A stretch of 64,000 nucleotides of DNA from Terriglobia bacterium. Its GTDB lineage: Bacteria > Acidobacteriota > Terriglobia > JAJPHL01 > JAPKYU01. Shown here one piece after another: positions 47,620-57,870 of the stretch. Made by a program: the position numbers and the translations under genes. The number at the start of each line of letters is the position of its first letter. Position 1 is the stretch's first letter. Location of the stretch: positions 51,386 through 115,385 of the forward strand of contig CBDCVK010000009.1 of assembly GCA_965223005.1 (NCBI GenBank), in the 5' to 3' direction. Under the pieces are notes generated by a model. It did no database searches, was not told where the DNA came from, and saw nothing but the letters and a program-made list of their open reading frames with translations.

Positions 47620-47880
47620 TGCACCTTCCTTGAAGATAAAACAGGCGATCCACAATTCGTCGCTCTCATGCAGCGGCACGCTAGAGTAGCCGATGAATCT
47701 CCGCCGGCTGATTTGTCCGCGATTTCTGTTTCTCATGGATTGCCTTCCTTGTCTTAAGCCGGAATTTCCGATTTGAGCTTCCCCTTCGTCCGAAAGCCTA
47801 CGTCAAACACGGGAAGGCCTTCCTCGGTGCGGTCATCCTACGCCGCGCTCGCAGGCAATAGTTCATGCCTTCTTCATAGC

Positions 47881-48903
47881 TCAAAATGTGGCAATCGGAT
47901 TCAGGGGAGACCCGGTTCCTCCCGAGACGGCTAGCGGGGCTGCGGTGAGCAGGAATTCCCAGCGGTTTCGTTTTTGTGCGGCTTCACTGAGAGCCTCCAA
48001 ATCCAGGCAGTCGAAAATGTGCACGCCCACGGCGATGAGCATGACCTGGTGGACCGGGCGGGTCAGGCCCTCAATCCGTGAGGGTGAGACGTCGGAAGCG
48101 GCCTCGCTGCCCAGGATCGCAATATCTCTCTCGCGGAGCCAAGCCGTGGAGGAAACATGCAGTCCCGCGGCTTTCTCCTCCACGTTCCAGGGGCCACGAA
48201 GGCCCCGCCGCTTCCACCGGCCTGTACGGATCAGGAGCGCATCGCCGGCGCCCACCTTGATTCCTATCTTTTCTTCCCAGGCTTCAAGGTCTTCCGCATA
48301 GATTGGAGTACCGGGCTCGAGGTAAGGAACACCCTTGAGCCGGGGCAGGTCAACCAGGATGCCTCGGGTGAAAATGCCGGTTTTCACGTTCGAGATGCCC
48401 AGTTTCTGGGCACCGGCCTCGGTAATTTCCTTCCGTGAGATTCCGTTATACATCTTGCCCCGATAGAACATGTGGCCGAGCGAATCGATATGGGTGTGCG
48501 CGTGGCCGTGGTAGGAAACGGTGTAGGTGTCGACGGCAAACTGCGCCGTATTGTTCAAGCCCGTGGAGAGCATCTTGTGGCCGAAAGGAAAGGGATTATC
48601 CGCCGCCTCCTCTTTTTCGACCAGGCGAGCCAGTGATACGGAAACGCCCTCCTGAACCAGCCGAGCGGCCCGTAGGCGCTTCGCAGGAGTTATCAAGTTG
48701 ATCGCGCCCAGTTGGTCCTCTTTTCCCCAGCGGCCCCAGTTCGACAGCTCCTCCATCATCCGATCGACATCCGCCTTGGTGAGATTGTGGTGAGTTGCCC
48801 GGGAAGAAGCCGGTTGGGATCCTTGAAGGAAGATCAGCCAGGAAAATGCTCCTGCAAACAGAACCCAAATAAGCCTGTGCAATGCTTTCTTGTCGGGCAG
48901 CAT
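47881..48903 (-). CDS. Cyclase-family (kynurenine formamidase-like) metallohydrolase with N-terminal TM/signal
   Basis: NWGRWGKEDQLGAIN, HGHAHTHIDSLGH, GGTGSPLNPIATF. Confidence 0.85.
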   Translation of the reverse strand: MLPDKKALHRLIWVLFAGAFSWLIFLQGSQPASSRATHHNLTKADVDRMMEELSNWGRWGKEDQLGAINLITPAKRLRAARLVQEGVSVSLARLVEKEEAADNPFPFGHKMLSTGLNNTAQFAVDTYTVSYHGHAHTHIDSLGHMFYRGKMYNGISRKEITEAGAQKLGISNVKTGIFTRGILVDLPRLKGVPYLEPGTPIYAEDLEAWEEKIGIKVGAGDALLIRTGRWKRRGLRGPWNVEEKAAGLHVSSTAWLRERDIAILGSEAASDVSPSRIEGLTRPVHQVMLIAVGVHIFDCLDLEALSEAAQKRNRWEFLLTAAPLAVSGGTGSPLNPIATF

Positions 48904-49104
48904 GATTTACCTCTTTTCTGCACAGAATAGCACTTCACCCGGCGCGGAGCGAGGCAACAGAGAATGCGGAGACGCCCTGGTTCCGCTGCACTGGCTTGTT
49001 ATGCGGCTTTCACCTGCTCATGGTCGCCAGTTGTCCAGCAATGAATGACAACATTAAGGGTTAGCAGGCAGGACCGTTGCCTTCTCAACATCAAGATCAA
49101 CGGC

Positions 49105-49767
49105 TCAATCGGCGGCGAAGCAGTAGAAGAGGCCGTTACCGCCCGTGCCCTGCAAATCGTCCTGGCTGCAGCCTCTGGAGCCGTGCGCAGAGTTCCATGA
49201 CGTTGGATGTTCTCCGCCGCCCTGGCGATCGTGGTGGCCTACCCGGGCACCGCCTGCACCGCTACTTGTCCAATTCTCGCAGGTCATGTCAACCTCCCCC
49301 GAAAAAGCTGTGCCTTCGAGCTGCGAGCCGGTCAGGATGTCGTGCATATTGGGATTGTCCCCTCGGCCGTTGACCTCCTCGCCTTTCTCGTTGAGCGACG
49401 TCTGCTTGCTAAGATTGTTATTGTCTCCGTGGAGCTCGTCTACGTTTCGAGCTACGAGGACGCCTCGGGCGTTGTGCCAAGGCCCCTGGCCAATGCGGTC
49501 CCGGGCGTTGACAGCAGCGTTAGAGCCGGAAGCACTGGTGCTGAGATAGGCACGCCAGGTGCGATCGCTGGCTCCCGCAGGTTCGGCTAGCGCCTGGCAA
49601 TGCCGGTCTGCTCCGTCCAGGCCACCCAGATCGGCTCCATTGCCGGGGCCGATGCTCGTGATGAAGAAGCCCATGCTGGTGTCATCAGAGGCGTCCTGCG
49701 CCATCGCTACCTGCGTACCCAGCACCGACAACAACACTGACGCCAATGCAGAGAGGATCCTATTCAT
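49105..49767 (-). CDS. Exported lectin/endostatin-like domain protein
   Basis: ADLGGLDGADRHCQALA, WRAYLS, ARDRIGQGPW, HDILTGS, GLFYCFAA. Confidence 0.75.
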   Translation of the reverse strand: MNRILSALASVLLSVLGTQVAMAQDASDDTSMGFFITSIGPGNGADLGGLDGADRHCQALAEPAGASDRTWRAYLSTSASGSNAAVNARDRIGQGPWHNARGVLVARNVDELHGDNNNLSKQTSLNEKGEEVNGRGDNPNMHDILTGSQLEGTAFSGEVDMTCENWTSSGAGGARVGHHDRQGGGEHPTSWNSAHGSRGCSQDDLQGTGGNGLFYCFAAD

Positions 49768-50085
49768 GTCGTCCACCTCTTCTTTTTGTTTTGGGGATGA
49801 CCGCCGATCGTAACACCGTTACCCTCAGCAACAAACAAAGAACCAATCCTGAATCATTGACTTGTTCCATTAAGGATCAATGGAGTCCAACTGTTTTGAT
49901 TTCCTGGCCGACCAGTCTTCTGTGCCGCATAACTATTGTTTAGGCTGACCCACATAAAAACCCTTCCTGGACGGCCCAACGTGAAAGCGCCATTGCCTCG
50001 TCGCAGCCATAACCAACTGCTGTGTAACGACTTCCACTGCATGCCCAGAAACTATCGCAGCGCTTTGCCGCTCCTCGTCAGCGGC

Positions 50086-50119
50086 CACTTGGACGTATAG
50101 TCGGCTTACCGGACAAGTG
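50086..50119 (-). repeat. 34-bp site B3
   Basis: Minus strand CACTTGTCCGGTAA GCCGAC TATACGTCCAAGTG. Confidence 0.9.
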
Positions 50120-50427
50120 CCTACCTTGAGGCAGCGTCACTTGATAACTGAGAGGTAGATCCCGCCTCGCTTCCGACTGACAGAGGCCAGACAGGATCAC
50201 AGGAGTCGGCTAGGGTTTACCTGCCTCCACGCACAGCCGGACAGGGGCAGGGGGTGATCCTAGGGAGCCTCCTCTGAGACTCCCGCTTTCTCTCCTACAA
50301 CCTGACCGTCAGTCCGCTATGGCACCCACGAGAAGGCATCGTGATCTGAACTTGACACGCAGGGCGGCTGGCGTATGCTCTGGGCAGAGGGGAAGCTCGA
50401 ATCGGGGATTCCCGTTTGCAACCAATC

Positions 50428-50739
50428 ATGCCCGAGAAAAGACAACACCGACGCGTCCCATGCCTGGTCGAGGCTCAGGTATGGTGCCGCGACAAGGATG
50501 CGCATTGGAATGTGCACCTCACCGTCATCGGCGATGGTGGCTGCTTTGTGGACACGGTAGTTCCGCTGGAGGATGGATCGCTGGTGTCATTGAAGGTCAA
50601 AGATGACAGCGGTTCAATGGAAATCCCAGGCAAAATTCTCTACGCTCAGGCGACCATTGGTTCGGCCATCGCCTTTGATCCGATGGATACCAGCCTTCGG
50701 CAGCGGATCGAGAAGATCATCGCCAGCACAGAGACCTGA
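50428..50739 (+). CDS. PilZ-domain protein
   Basis: EKRQHRR (RxxxR), IGDGGCFV, about 100 aa. Confidence 0.75.
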   Translation: MPEKRQHRRVPCLVEAQVWCRDKDAHWNVHLTVIGDGGCFVDTVVPLEDGSLVSLKVKDDSGSMEIPGKILYAQATIGSAIAFDPMDTSLRQRIEKIIASTET

Positions 50740-51275
50740 GATCTCCAACGGTCTCCAGCTGTAGAAAATCACAATCCGCTTAGAAGCCATCCAGTCATCA
50801 GCAGCGGCCACAGAATCCGACGCCCATTAATCGGGGACTCTGCCTATAAGGTGGGGTACAACTTATGCAACCTTGCATATCTCGCACCCTGCCCTACCGC
50901 TATTGCACGGTGAGAGGGTGACGGTGTTGGAAGTGGCGCCGCCGAGCGCACCGCAGCGCAACCCAGCCACGTCAGCGGACGTGGCTGGCGTCATTTATAT
51001 TCATAAATGTCATTCCGAATTCCAAGATTCTGGCTCGGGCTGGTACCGTCACGCGCTTGCGCACGCCCGCGTGGCGGAAGCCTCGCGGGCACGGTGTGAT
51101 GACGCCCGGCGATTGTGACGTACTTTGTGACGTAACCCTGCCATCCAAGCCCAGCTAACTCCTTGTCACTCGGTGTGCCTCAGTATCACTCGTCGGGGCA
51201 TAGAATAGGGGGATGCACCGCTGGTCGTATCACTTGAGCTCACTCCAACTCACTCCTTGCCACTGCGGTCTTTGA

Positions 51276-51321
<46 letters not shown>

Positions 51322-51711
51322 TTTATCCCATTGAACATCAATTGATTGTAGGTTGCTCAACGTTCAGCTGAGGAACGGCTGTGGTGCCAGTGTGCCCAAA
51401 TTTGTGCCCACTCTGTGCACGTTCCATGGCTTCCCGAACGACTAGTACGGACCTATCTGTCAAATCCGAAGCAAGTTCTTTCGTTTCAGAGCGTCTGCGC
51501 CGAAGCCTCCCCGATCTTGGTCCTGGAATAGTCCCGCCGGTGACCCGTGTCGAACGACAGCACGATAGTTCCCGAATGTTGTTTCTTCCAGATGATAGAT
51601 GATTGGCTAGGTTGTTCACCGCCTGATGGGTCCAGCGGCTCTTGCCGACGCTTGACTTTTCGGGATACAGGGAAATATCTTCGCCCTGTTGCCCCCGGCG
51701 GGTTGCCGTTT

Positions 51712-54700
51712 ATGCCCAAGGTGAATGCACTTTTACGCCTGCTGGCTCTACTGCTCGGTTCCGTCCTTTCTTGTTTCGCGCAAACTCCGATCAGCGTGGG
51801 GGAAACGAAGACCGGGACCCTCGAAGCTTCTGACAGCCGCCGGGAGGATTGCAATGGGTGCATCGCCGACCGGTACGAGTTCATCATCAGCAGCTCGCAG
51901 GCGCTGGTGATCACCCTGAACTCGACCGACTTCGACGCCTTCCTGCGGGTGCGGGACGGGAGCAGCGGCGCGGAGGTGGCCACCGACGACGAAAGCGGTG
52001 GAGGGGGCAACGCGCTGATCTCGCGCACTTTTGCGGCGGGGACGTACGAGATCCAGGCCAGCACGTTTTCTGAAGGTGAAACGGGAGGTTATACACTGTC
52101 GTTGCAGGCGGTGCCGCCGCCAACGCTAATCAGCGTGGGACAGACGTTGAATAGGACGCTGGTCGCCTCAGACGGGCGCTCGGTAGGCTGCAGCGGCTGT
52201 TTCGCCGACCGGTACGAGTTCAGCATTAACAGCTCGCAGGCACTGGTGATCCGCCTAGACTCCACTGACTTTGACGCCTTCCTGCGTGTACTGGACAGCA
52301 CCGGGTCGGAGCTGGTCACCGACGATGACAGCGGCGGGGGAACGAACTCGGTCATCTCGCGCATCTTTCAGGCGGGCACTTACCGGATCGAAGCCACTTC
52401 GTTTTCCGAGGACCAGCAGGGGGCCTACACTCTCTCCTTGCAGGAAGTGCCAGTTACGATGATCAGCGTGGGGGAGACGGTGAGTGGGACGCTGAACTCC
52501 GCGGACGGCCGCTCAGTGGGTTGCGCAGAGTGCTTTACGGACCTGTACGAGTTCAACATTAGCAGCTCCCAGGATTTGGCGATTGGCCTGGACTCCATGG
52601 ATTTTGACGCCTTCCTGCGGGTGCTGGACAGCAGTGGGATGGTGGTGGCCAGCGACGATGACAGCGGTGGGGGAACGAACGCACGAACCTTGAGTACATT
52701 CGAGGCTGGAACCTACCGGATCGAGGCCACCACGTTTTCTGAAGACGAAGCGGGAGCTTACACAGTGTCGTTGGAGGAAGCACCAGAGCCGACCGTAACG
52801 CCAATTAGCGTGGGGCTGACGGTAAGCGGGGCGCTGAACTTCTCGGATGGCCGCTCTATGCGCTGCAGTGGCTGCTTCGCCGACCAGCACGAGTTCAGTC
52901 TCAGTAGCTCGCAGGATTTGGCGATTGGCCTGGACTCCACGGATTTTGACGCCTTCCTGCGGGTGCTGGACAGCAGTGGGGTGGTGGTAGCCACAGATGA
53001 TGATAGCGGTGGAGGAACGAACGCACGAATCTTGAGTACATTTGAGGCTGGGACCTACCGGATCGAGGCCACCACGTTTTCTGAAGACGAAGCGGGAGCT
53101 TACACGGTGTCGTTGGAGGAAGCACCGGCGCCGACTATAACGCCAATTGGCGTGGGGCAGACGGTAAGCGGGACGCTGAACTTCTTGGATGGCCGCTCGG
53201 TGCGCTGCAGTGGCTGCTTCGCCGACCAGCACGAGTTCAGTATCAGCAGCCCGCAGGCATTGGTCATCCGCCTGGACTCCACGGGCTTTGATGCCTTGCT
53301 GCTGGTGCTGGACAGCAGCGGGGTGGTGGTGGCCACAGATGATGATAGCGGCGGGGGGACGAACGCACGCATTTCGCGTACATTCGGGGCAGGGACTTAC
53401 CGGATCGAAGCCACCACGTTTTCTGAAGACGAAGCGGGCGCTTACACAGTGTCGTTGGAGGAAGTTCCGCCGCCGACCGTGACGCACATTAGCGTGGGGC
53501 AGACGGTGAGCGGGACGCTGACCTCTTCAGATAGCACCTCGGTGAGTTGCAGCGACTGCTTTGCCGATCTGTACGACTTCAGTCTTGGCAGCTCGCAGGA
53601 GTTGACCATCAGCCTGGACTCGATCGACTTTGACGCCTTGCTGCGGGTGCTGAACAGCAGCGGGGTGGTGGTGGCCACCGATGATGACGGTGGAGGCGAC
53701 ACCAATTCCCGGATCGCCCGAACGTTCGCCGCCGGGACCTACCGCATTGAGACCACCAGCTATTCAGAAGACGCTTACACACTGTCGTTGACGGTGGGCA
53801 TGGCTGCGCCAGCGCCCTCCATGACGTCTCTTTCACCGGCCAGCACCAGCGCTGGAGGTCCGGATTTCGACCTGACCGTCGGGGGCGCCAATTTCGCAGC
53901 TAGCTCGGCGGTGCGCTGGAACGGGAGTGACCGGCCAACTACGCTTATCGACAGCACAGAATTGCGGGCTACGATTTCTACCACCGACATTGCGCAGCCG
54001 ACGACGGCCCTGGTGACGGTCTTCACCCCAATAGGCGGCACCTCGAATGCTCTCGAGTTTAGCGTGATCACCGCAGCGGCTCAGCTGGAGGTAGCTCCTG
54101 AGTTCTTGAATTTTGAGGCCACCGAGGCCGGGCCCAGTACTCCCGCCAAGACTCTCTCCATCACCAACCTGGGCAGCGGCACCCTGGAGTGGAGTACCAC
54201 GGTCCAAACCAGCGGCGGCGGCCAGTGGTTGAGCGTATCACCTGCCTCGGGCACTGCCCCTTCGTCGGTCACGGTGGTGGTGGATCCCAGCAATCTGTCC
54301 GCGGGCGTTTATAGCGGGCTGGTGACAGTCCAAGGGGCCGGTGACAGCAAGGAAGTCGTGGCCACGTTTCTCGTGACCCGTCCCGTCTCGATCCTGCGGC
54401 CTACCCAAACCGGGTTCCTGTTCGAGGGCACCGAAGGCGCCTTGAGTGTTCCGGCGCAGACCATCCAGATGCTGAACGCCGGTCAGGGGACGATGAACTG
54501 GACGGTGCAGGCGGAGGCGGGCGACGGCGGGAACTGGCTTTCGGTCACCCCCACCAGCGGCACCAGCCAGGGCGGCGTCAGCGTCGGCGCTCCCACGACG
54601 ACGATCCAGGTGGACCCGTCCGGGTTGAAGGCAGGTACGCATGTGGGCCTGCTGACGTTTGAAGCTCCGGGCGCGCCCAACTCGCCGCTGTCGGGGATCG

Positions 54701-56178
54701 TGTTGGTGAATGTGTTTCCGCCTAGCGGCGAAGCTCTAGGAGTCGTGCAGCCTTCAGGTTTGATCTTCCTGGGGGTGGCCGGAAGCGCATCTCCGTCGGC
54801 GAAGCAGATCAGTCTCACCAGTACCGGAGGTAAGCAGCTTCTGTATGAAGCCACGGCGAGTACGGCGGATGGCGGCAATTGGTTGACGGTGAAGCCCAGC
54901 AGCGGTTCGCTCTCGCGTGCCAGCGAAGTTGTCGCGTTGAGCGCCCAGGCGAATACCACGGGCCTTGCTGCCGGTATCCATACCGCGACGGTCTCGGTGG
55001 CCCTGAGCACCGGCCGAAGGCTGGATGCCTCGGTGGTGCTGGTGCTAGCGACGCCCGGCACGGTCCTGAATGCTTCCGCGGCACAAACCCTGCCAGCCAG
55101 GGCCGATGCAGGTTGGGATGGGGCAGCTCAAGAATGCCAGGCGACCGAGGTGGCCATCGTCGAGACGTTGGCCTCAGGTAACTTTGCGCTGTCGGTAGGT
55201 TTTCCGAGGGCCCTGCTAACGCAGGTGGTGGACGATTGCGGCCAGCAAGTGACCAATGCCACTGTAATCGCCACGTTCAGCACTGGCGATCCGACTCTGG
55301 TGCTCAATAACCACGGAGACGGGCTTTACTCGAATACCTGGGTGCCGTCCAGAGAAGCTAGCTCGGTGGTCGTGACCTTGCAGGCGGGGGCGCCGGGGTT
55401 GCCCGAGGCTCGAGTCCAGCTCGGGGGCAAGGTTCAGCAGGCAGGTGGTCCGCTGGTGTTCCCCAACGGCGCAGTCAACGGCGCCAGCTTTGCCAAGGGA
55501 GCGCCGCTGGCGCCGGGCAGCATCTTCTCCGTGTTTGGGCGGAACCTGCCGCGGTCGGCAATGGTCGCAACCCAAGTGCCGTTGCCCCTGGACCTGAACG
55601 ACGTTCGCGTCACCCTGGGGGGCAAGGAGGTGCCTTTGTTCTTCGTTGGCGCCGGTGGTTCCGGCTTCGAGCAAATCAACGCGCAGGTACCGTTCGACTT
55701 GGCACCGGGTACTACGCCCTCGCTGCTGGTGGCGGTGAGGGGGCGCACTGCGCCTCCCGAGCAGGTGATCCTAGCCGCGGTTCAGCCCGGCATCTTCGAC
55801 GTCGGCGGCGGGCAGGGAGCGGTCCTGATCGCAAACACGGATATCTTGGTGGCGCCCGTGGGTAGCATCCCCGGCCGCCAGACGCGACCGGCCGACCGGG
55901 GCGAGTTTGTTTCGATTTTCTGCACTGGTCTGGGAGCCACCAGTCCAACAGTGCCCGCCGGTGAGACAGGAGGAGGGCAGCCGGTGACCACTCCGGTCAC
56001 CGCGACCCTCGGGGGCGTAAACGCGCCGGTCACCTTTGCTGGGCTGGCACCCGGCTTTGTAGGACTCTACCAGGTGAACGTGCAGGTGCCTGAGGGGGTC
56101 GCCGCAAACGACGCCGTGTCCCTGGTCATCACGCAGGCCGAGGTCAGCAGCAACACGGTCACGATTGCTGTCGAGTAG
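51712..56178 (+). CDS. Large secreted protein: six PPC-like CxxC repeats, IPT/TIG, BACON-like domains, TIGR03437-like C-terminus
   Basis: Signal peptide; six ~112-aa repeats with CxxC and DDDSGGG; FAGLAPGFVGLYQVNVQVP. Confidence 0.85.
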   Translation: MPKVNALLRLLALLLGSVLSCFAQTPISVGETKTGTLEASDSRREDCNGCIADRYEFIISSSQALVITLNSTDFDAFLRVRDGSSGAEVATDDESGGGGNALISRTFAAGTYEIQASTFSEGETGGYTLSLQAVPPPTLISVGQTLNRTLVASDGRSVGCSGCFADRYEFSINSSQALVIRLDSTDFDAFLRVLDSTGSELVTDDDSGGGTNSVISRIFQAGTYRIEATSFSEDQQGAYTLSLQEVPVTMISVGETVSGTLNSADGRSVGCAECFTDLYEFNISSSQDLAIGLDSMDFDAFLRVLDSSGMVVASDDDSGGGTNARTLSTFEAGTYRIEATTFSEDEAGAYTVSLEEAPEPTVTPISVGLTVSGALNFSDGRSMRCSGCFADQHEFSLSSSQDLAIGLDSTDFDAFLRVLDSSGVVVATDDDSGGGTNARILSTFEAGTYRIEATTFSEDEAGAYTVSLEEAPAPTITPIGVGQTVSGTLNFLDGRSVRCSGCFADQHEFSISSPQALVIRLDSTGFDALLLVLDSSGVVVATDDDSGGGTNARISRTFGAGTYRIEATTFSEDEAGAYTVSLEEVPPPTVTHISVGQTVSGTLTSSDSTSVSCSDCFADLYDFSLGSSQELTISLDSIDFDALLRVLNSSGVVVATDDDGGGDTNSRIARTFAAGTYRIETTSYSEDAYTLSLTVGMAAPAPSMTSLSPASTSAGGPDFDLTVGGANFAASSAVRWNGSDRPTTLIDSTELRATISTTDIAQPTTALVTVFTPIGGTSNALEFSVITAAAQLEVAPEFLNFEATEAGPSTPAKTLSITNLGSGTLEWSTTVQTSGGGQWLSVSPASGTAPSSVTVVVDPSNLSAGVYSGLVTVQGAGDSKEVVATFLVTRPVSILRPTQTGFLFEGTEGALSVPAQTIQMLNAGQGTMNWTVQAEAGDGGNWLSVTPTSGTSQGGVSVGAPTTTIQVDPSGLKAGTHVGLLTFEAPGAPNSPLSGIVLVNVFPPSGEALGVVQPSGLIFLGVAGSASPSAKQISLTSTGGKQLLYEATASTADGGNWLTVKPSSGSLSRASEVVALSAQANTTGLAAGIHTATVSVALSTGRRLDASVVLVLATPGTVLNASAAQTLPARADAGWDGAAQECQATEVAIVETLASGNFALSVGFPRALLTQVVDDCGQQVTNATVIATFSTGDPTLVLNNHGDGLYSNTWVPSREASSVVVTLQAGAPGLPEARVQLGGKVQQAGGPLVFPNGAVNGASFAKGAPLAPGSIFSVFGRNLPRSAMVATQVPLPLDLNDVRVTLGGKEVPLFFVGAGGSGFEQINAQVPFDLAPGTTPSLLVAVRGRTAPPEQVILAAVQPGIFDVGGGQGAVLIANTDILVAPVGSIPGRQTRPADRGEFVSIFCTGLGATSPTVPAGETGGGQPVTTPVTATLGGVNAPVTFAGLAPGFVGLYQVNVQVPEGVAANDAVSLVITQAEVSSNTVTIAVE

Positions 56179-56228
56179 CGTGGCGCCGGACCGGTCGGCG
56201 CTGGGGTACCCTCAACGGAGGAGGCAGG

Positions 56229-56906
56229 ATGAAGAAGCGTTGTACCACGGCAGGTTTGGCATTGTTGCTCCCACTGCTTTGCTGGGGTCAGGGACAAACG
56301 CAGGGGAGCTGGCCAAAGGAATCCGGCAAGCCGGTCAAAGAAACCCAGATTGTGGACCCAATGTTAAGGACGCAAGGTGAGCCCGGGCAGCGAATGGAGG
56401 ACCAATCTGTCGTGTACCGCTTCCGCCTGGCTCCGGCCGAATTCGGATGCGATTTGGTGGTGACCAACACCTCTGCTGTGGAGGAGGTATTCAGGCTGGT
56501 GGCGCAGGGAGCCGAAGGGCGGTTGACACACGAAGCGAACATTACTATTGGGTCAAGCGAAACTCTGCGGATACCTTCGGCCGAGGTCCACTGGTTGGCG
56601 TCCGGCCGGGTCTCCATCAAGACGTCGCGACGGCTGCGGTTGAACCTTCATCCCTCTGGCGGTTCCAAGCCAACGATCATCAAATTGCATCCCAGCGCCG
56701 CGGTATACGATGTTTTCAGCCTGGAGAGGGAATGGGAAATGGGTCTCGGTGGAGAGAAACGCCGAATCGAACTGCTTTCCTCCGGTAAGAAGTTCTCGAA
56801 GTCCGTTACCGGGGCTGACTCTCTGCAACAGGCCATCCTGGAACTGTGGAACCAGAGGGGCTCTGACGGTACCCGCGGCCTATTCGTAGCCTATACCGCC
56901 AAGTAA
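56229..56906 (+). CDS. Hypothetical exported protein
   Basis: GGAGG RBS, signal peptide MKKRCTTAGLALLL. Confidence 0.6.
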   Translation: MKKRCTTAGLALLLPLLCWGQGQTQGSWPKESGKPVKETQIVDPMLRTQGEPGQRMEDQSVVYRFRLAPAEFGCDLVVTNTSAVEEVFRLVAQGAEGRLTHEANITIGSSETLRIPSAEVHWLASGRVSIKTSRRLRLNLHPSGGSKPTIIKLHPSAAVYDVFSLEREWEMGLGGEKRRIELLSSGKKFSKSVTGADSLQQAILELWNQRGSDGTRGLFVAYTAK

Positions 56907-57249
56907 CGTCTGTTGTTCACGGCCATTGACCGAGGGACCACAATCCCGGTTTCCCCGCCTAGCCCGCGCTCTTCTCTGTGGGCATGCTGGGAAAGCAGGG
57001 GGGCAAATCCATGTCCTGTGAGGGAAGTGCAACAAAGGGCTAGGGACGTTACAAGCACCCCCATGATTTTTGTACTCGACTCGAGAGCGATAATTCTTGC
57101 GGGGGGCGTAGGGCGTGTCTATACTTGCAGTTTTTCGGTAGTGGGGTCTTGAGCTTGCCCAGGCTGGAACACAGGTAAACACTAGACTGGCCCGTTTGTG
57201 GGGACTATCGGCCTTGTGCGCGAGGCTTACTCCCCGAAGGGAATCCAAG

Positions 57250-57283
57250 CACTTGTCCGGTTAGCGCGTTATACATCCAAGTG
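57250..57283 (+). repeat. 34-bp site A5
   Basis: CACTTGTCCGGTTA GCGCGT TATACATCCAAGTG. Confidence 0.9.
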
Positions 57284-57387
57284 GCGGCGTGGCAGCATCG
57301 GTAAACGCTAGCCGACTAGTGGGGACTAGTCCTCTGAACCTGAGGCAAGCGTCTTGTACTCAGCGACTTGGGCCGACGCAAAGCAGG

Positions 57388-57870
57388 CTACTGCACGGCA
57401 ATGGTGACGGTGTTGCCCGGAACGCCGTCGATGATGATCTCGACGTTCTGCGTGCCCGACGGGACACCCCCTGGCACCTGCACGTTCACCTGGTAGAGTC
57501 CCACGAATCCTGAGGCCAGGCCGGAGAAGGTCACCTGGGCAGGTATGCCGGCAATGTTCACCAGCGGTGTGCTCAGCGTCTCTGCCAGTGGCTCCGTGCT
57601 GGGGGCAACGTCCCCGGAGGGGACTTCGGGCTGCACCGGACCGAGTCCAGTGCAAAAGATCATCAGGAACTCGCCCGCCTGTGCCGGGGCACTGTCGCTC
57701 ACTGGCTGGAAATCTTCCGCGTGCAGGATCGCCCCGGCTCCGGTGCCCTGCGCGTTCAGCGTAAAAATGCCCGGCGATACGGCTGCGATCCCGATCGGCT
57801 GCGCCTCGCTCGTTTCACTGCCCCGCCTCACCTGCACCATGACCGCCCCGGAGCCGGTCATCTGGACCAA
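57388..57870 (-). pseudogene. 5'-truncated TIGR03437-like domain gene
   Basis: SPGIFT...IFCTGLG...FSGLASGFVGLYQVNVQVP; overlaps the upstream ORF out of frame. Confidence 0.7.
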
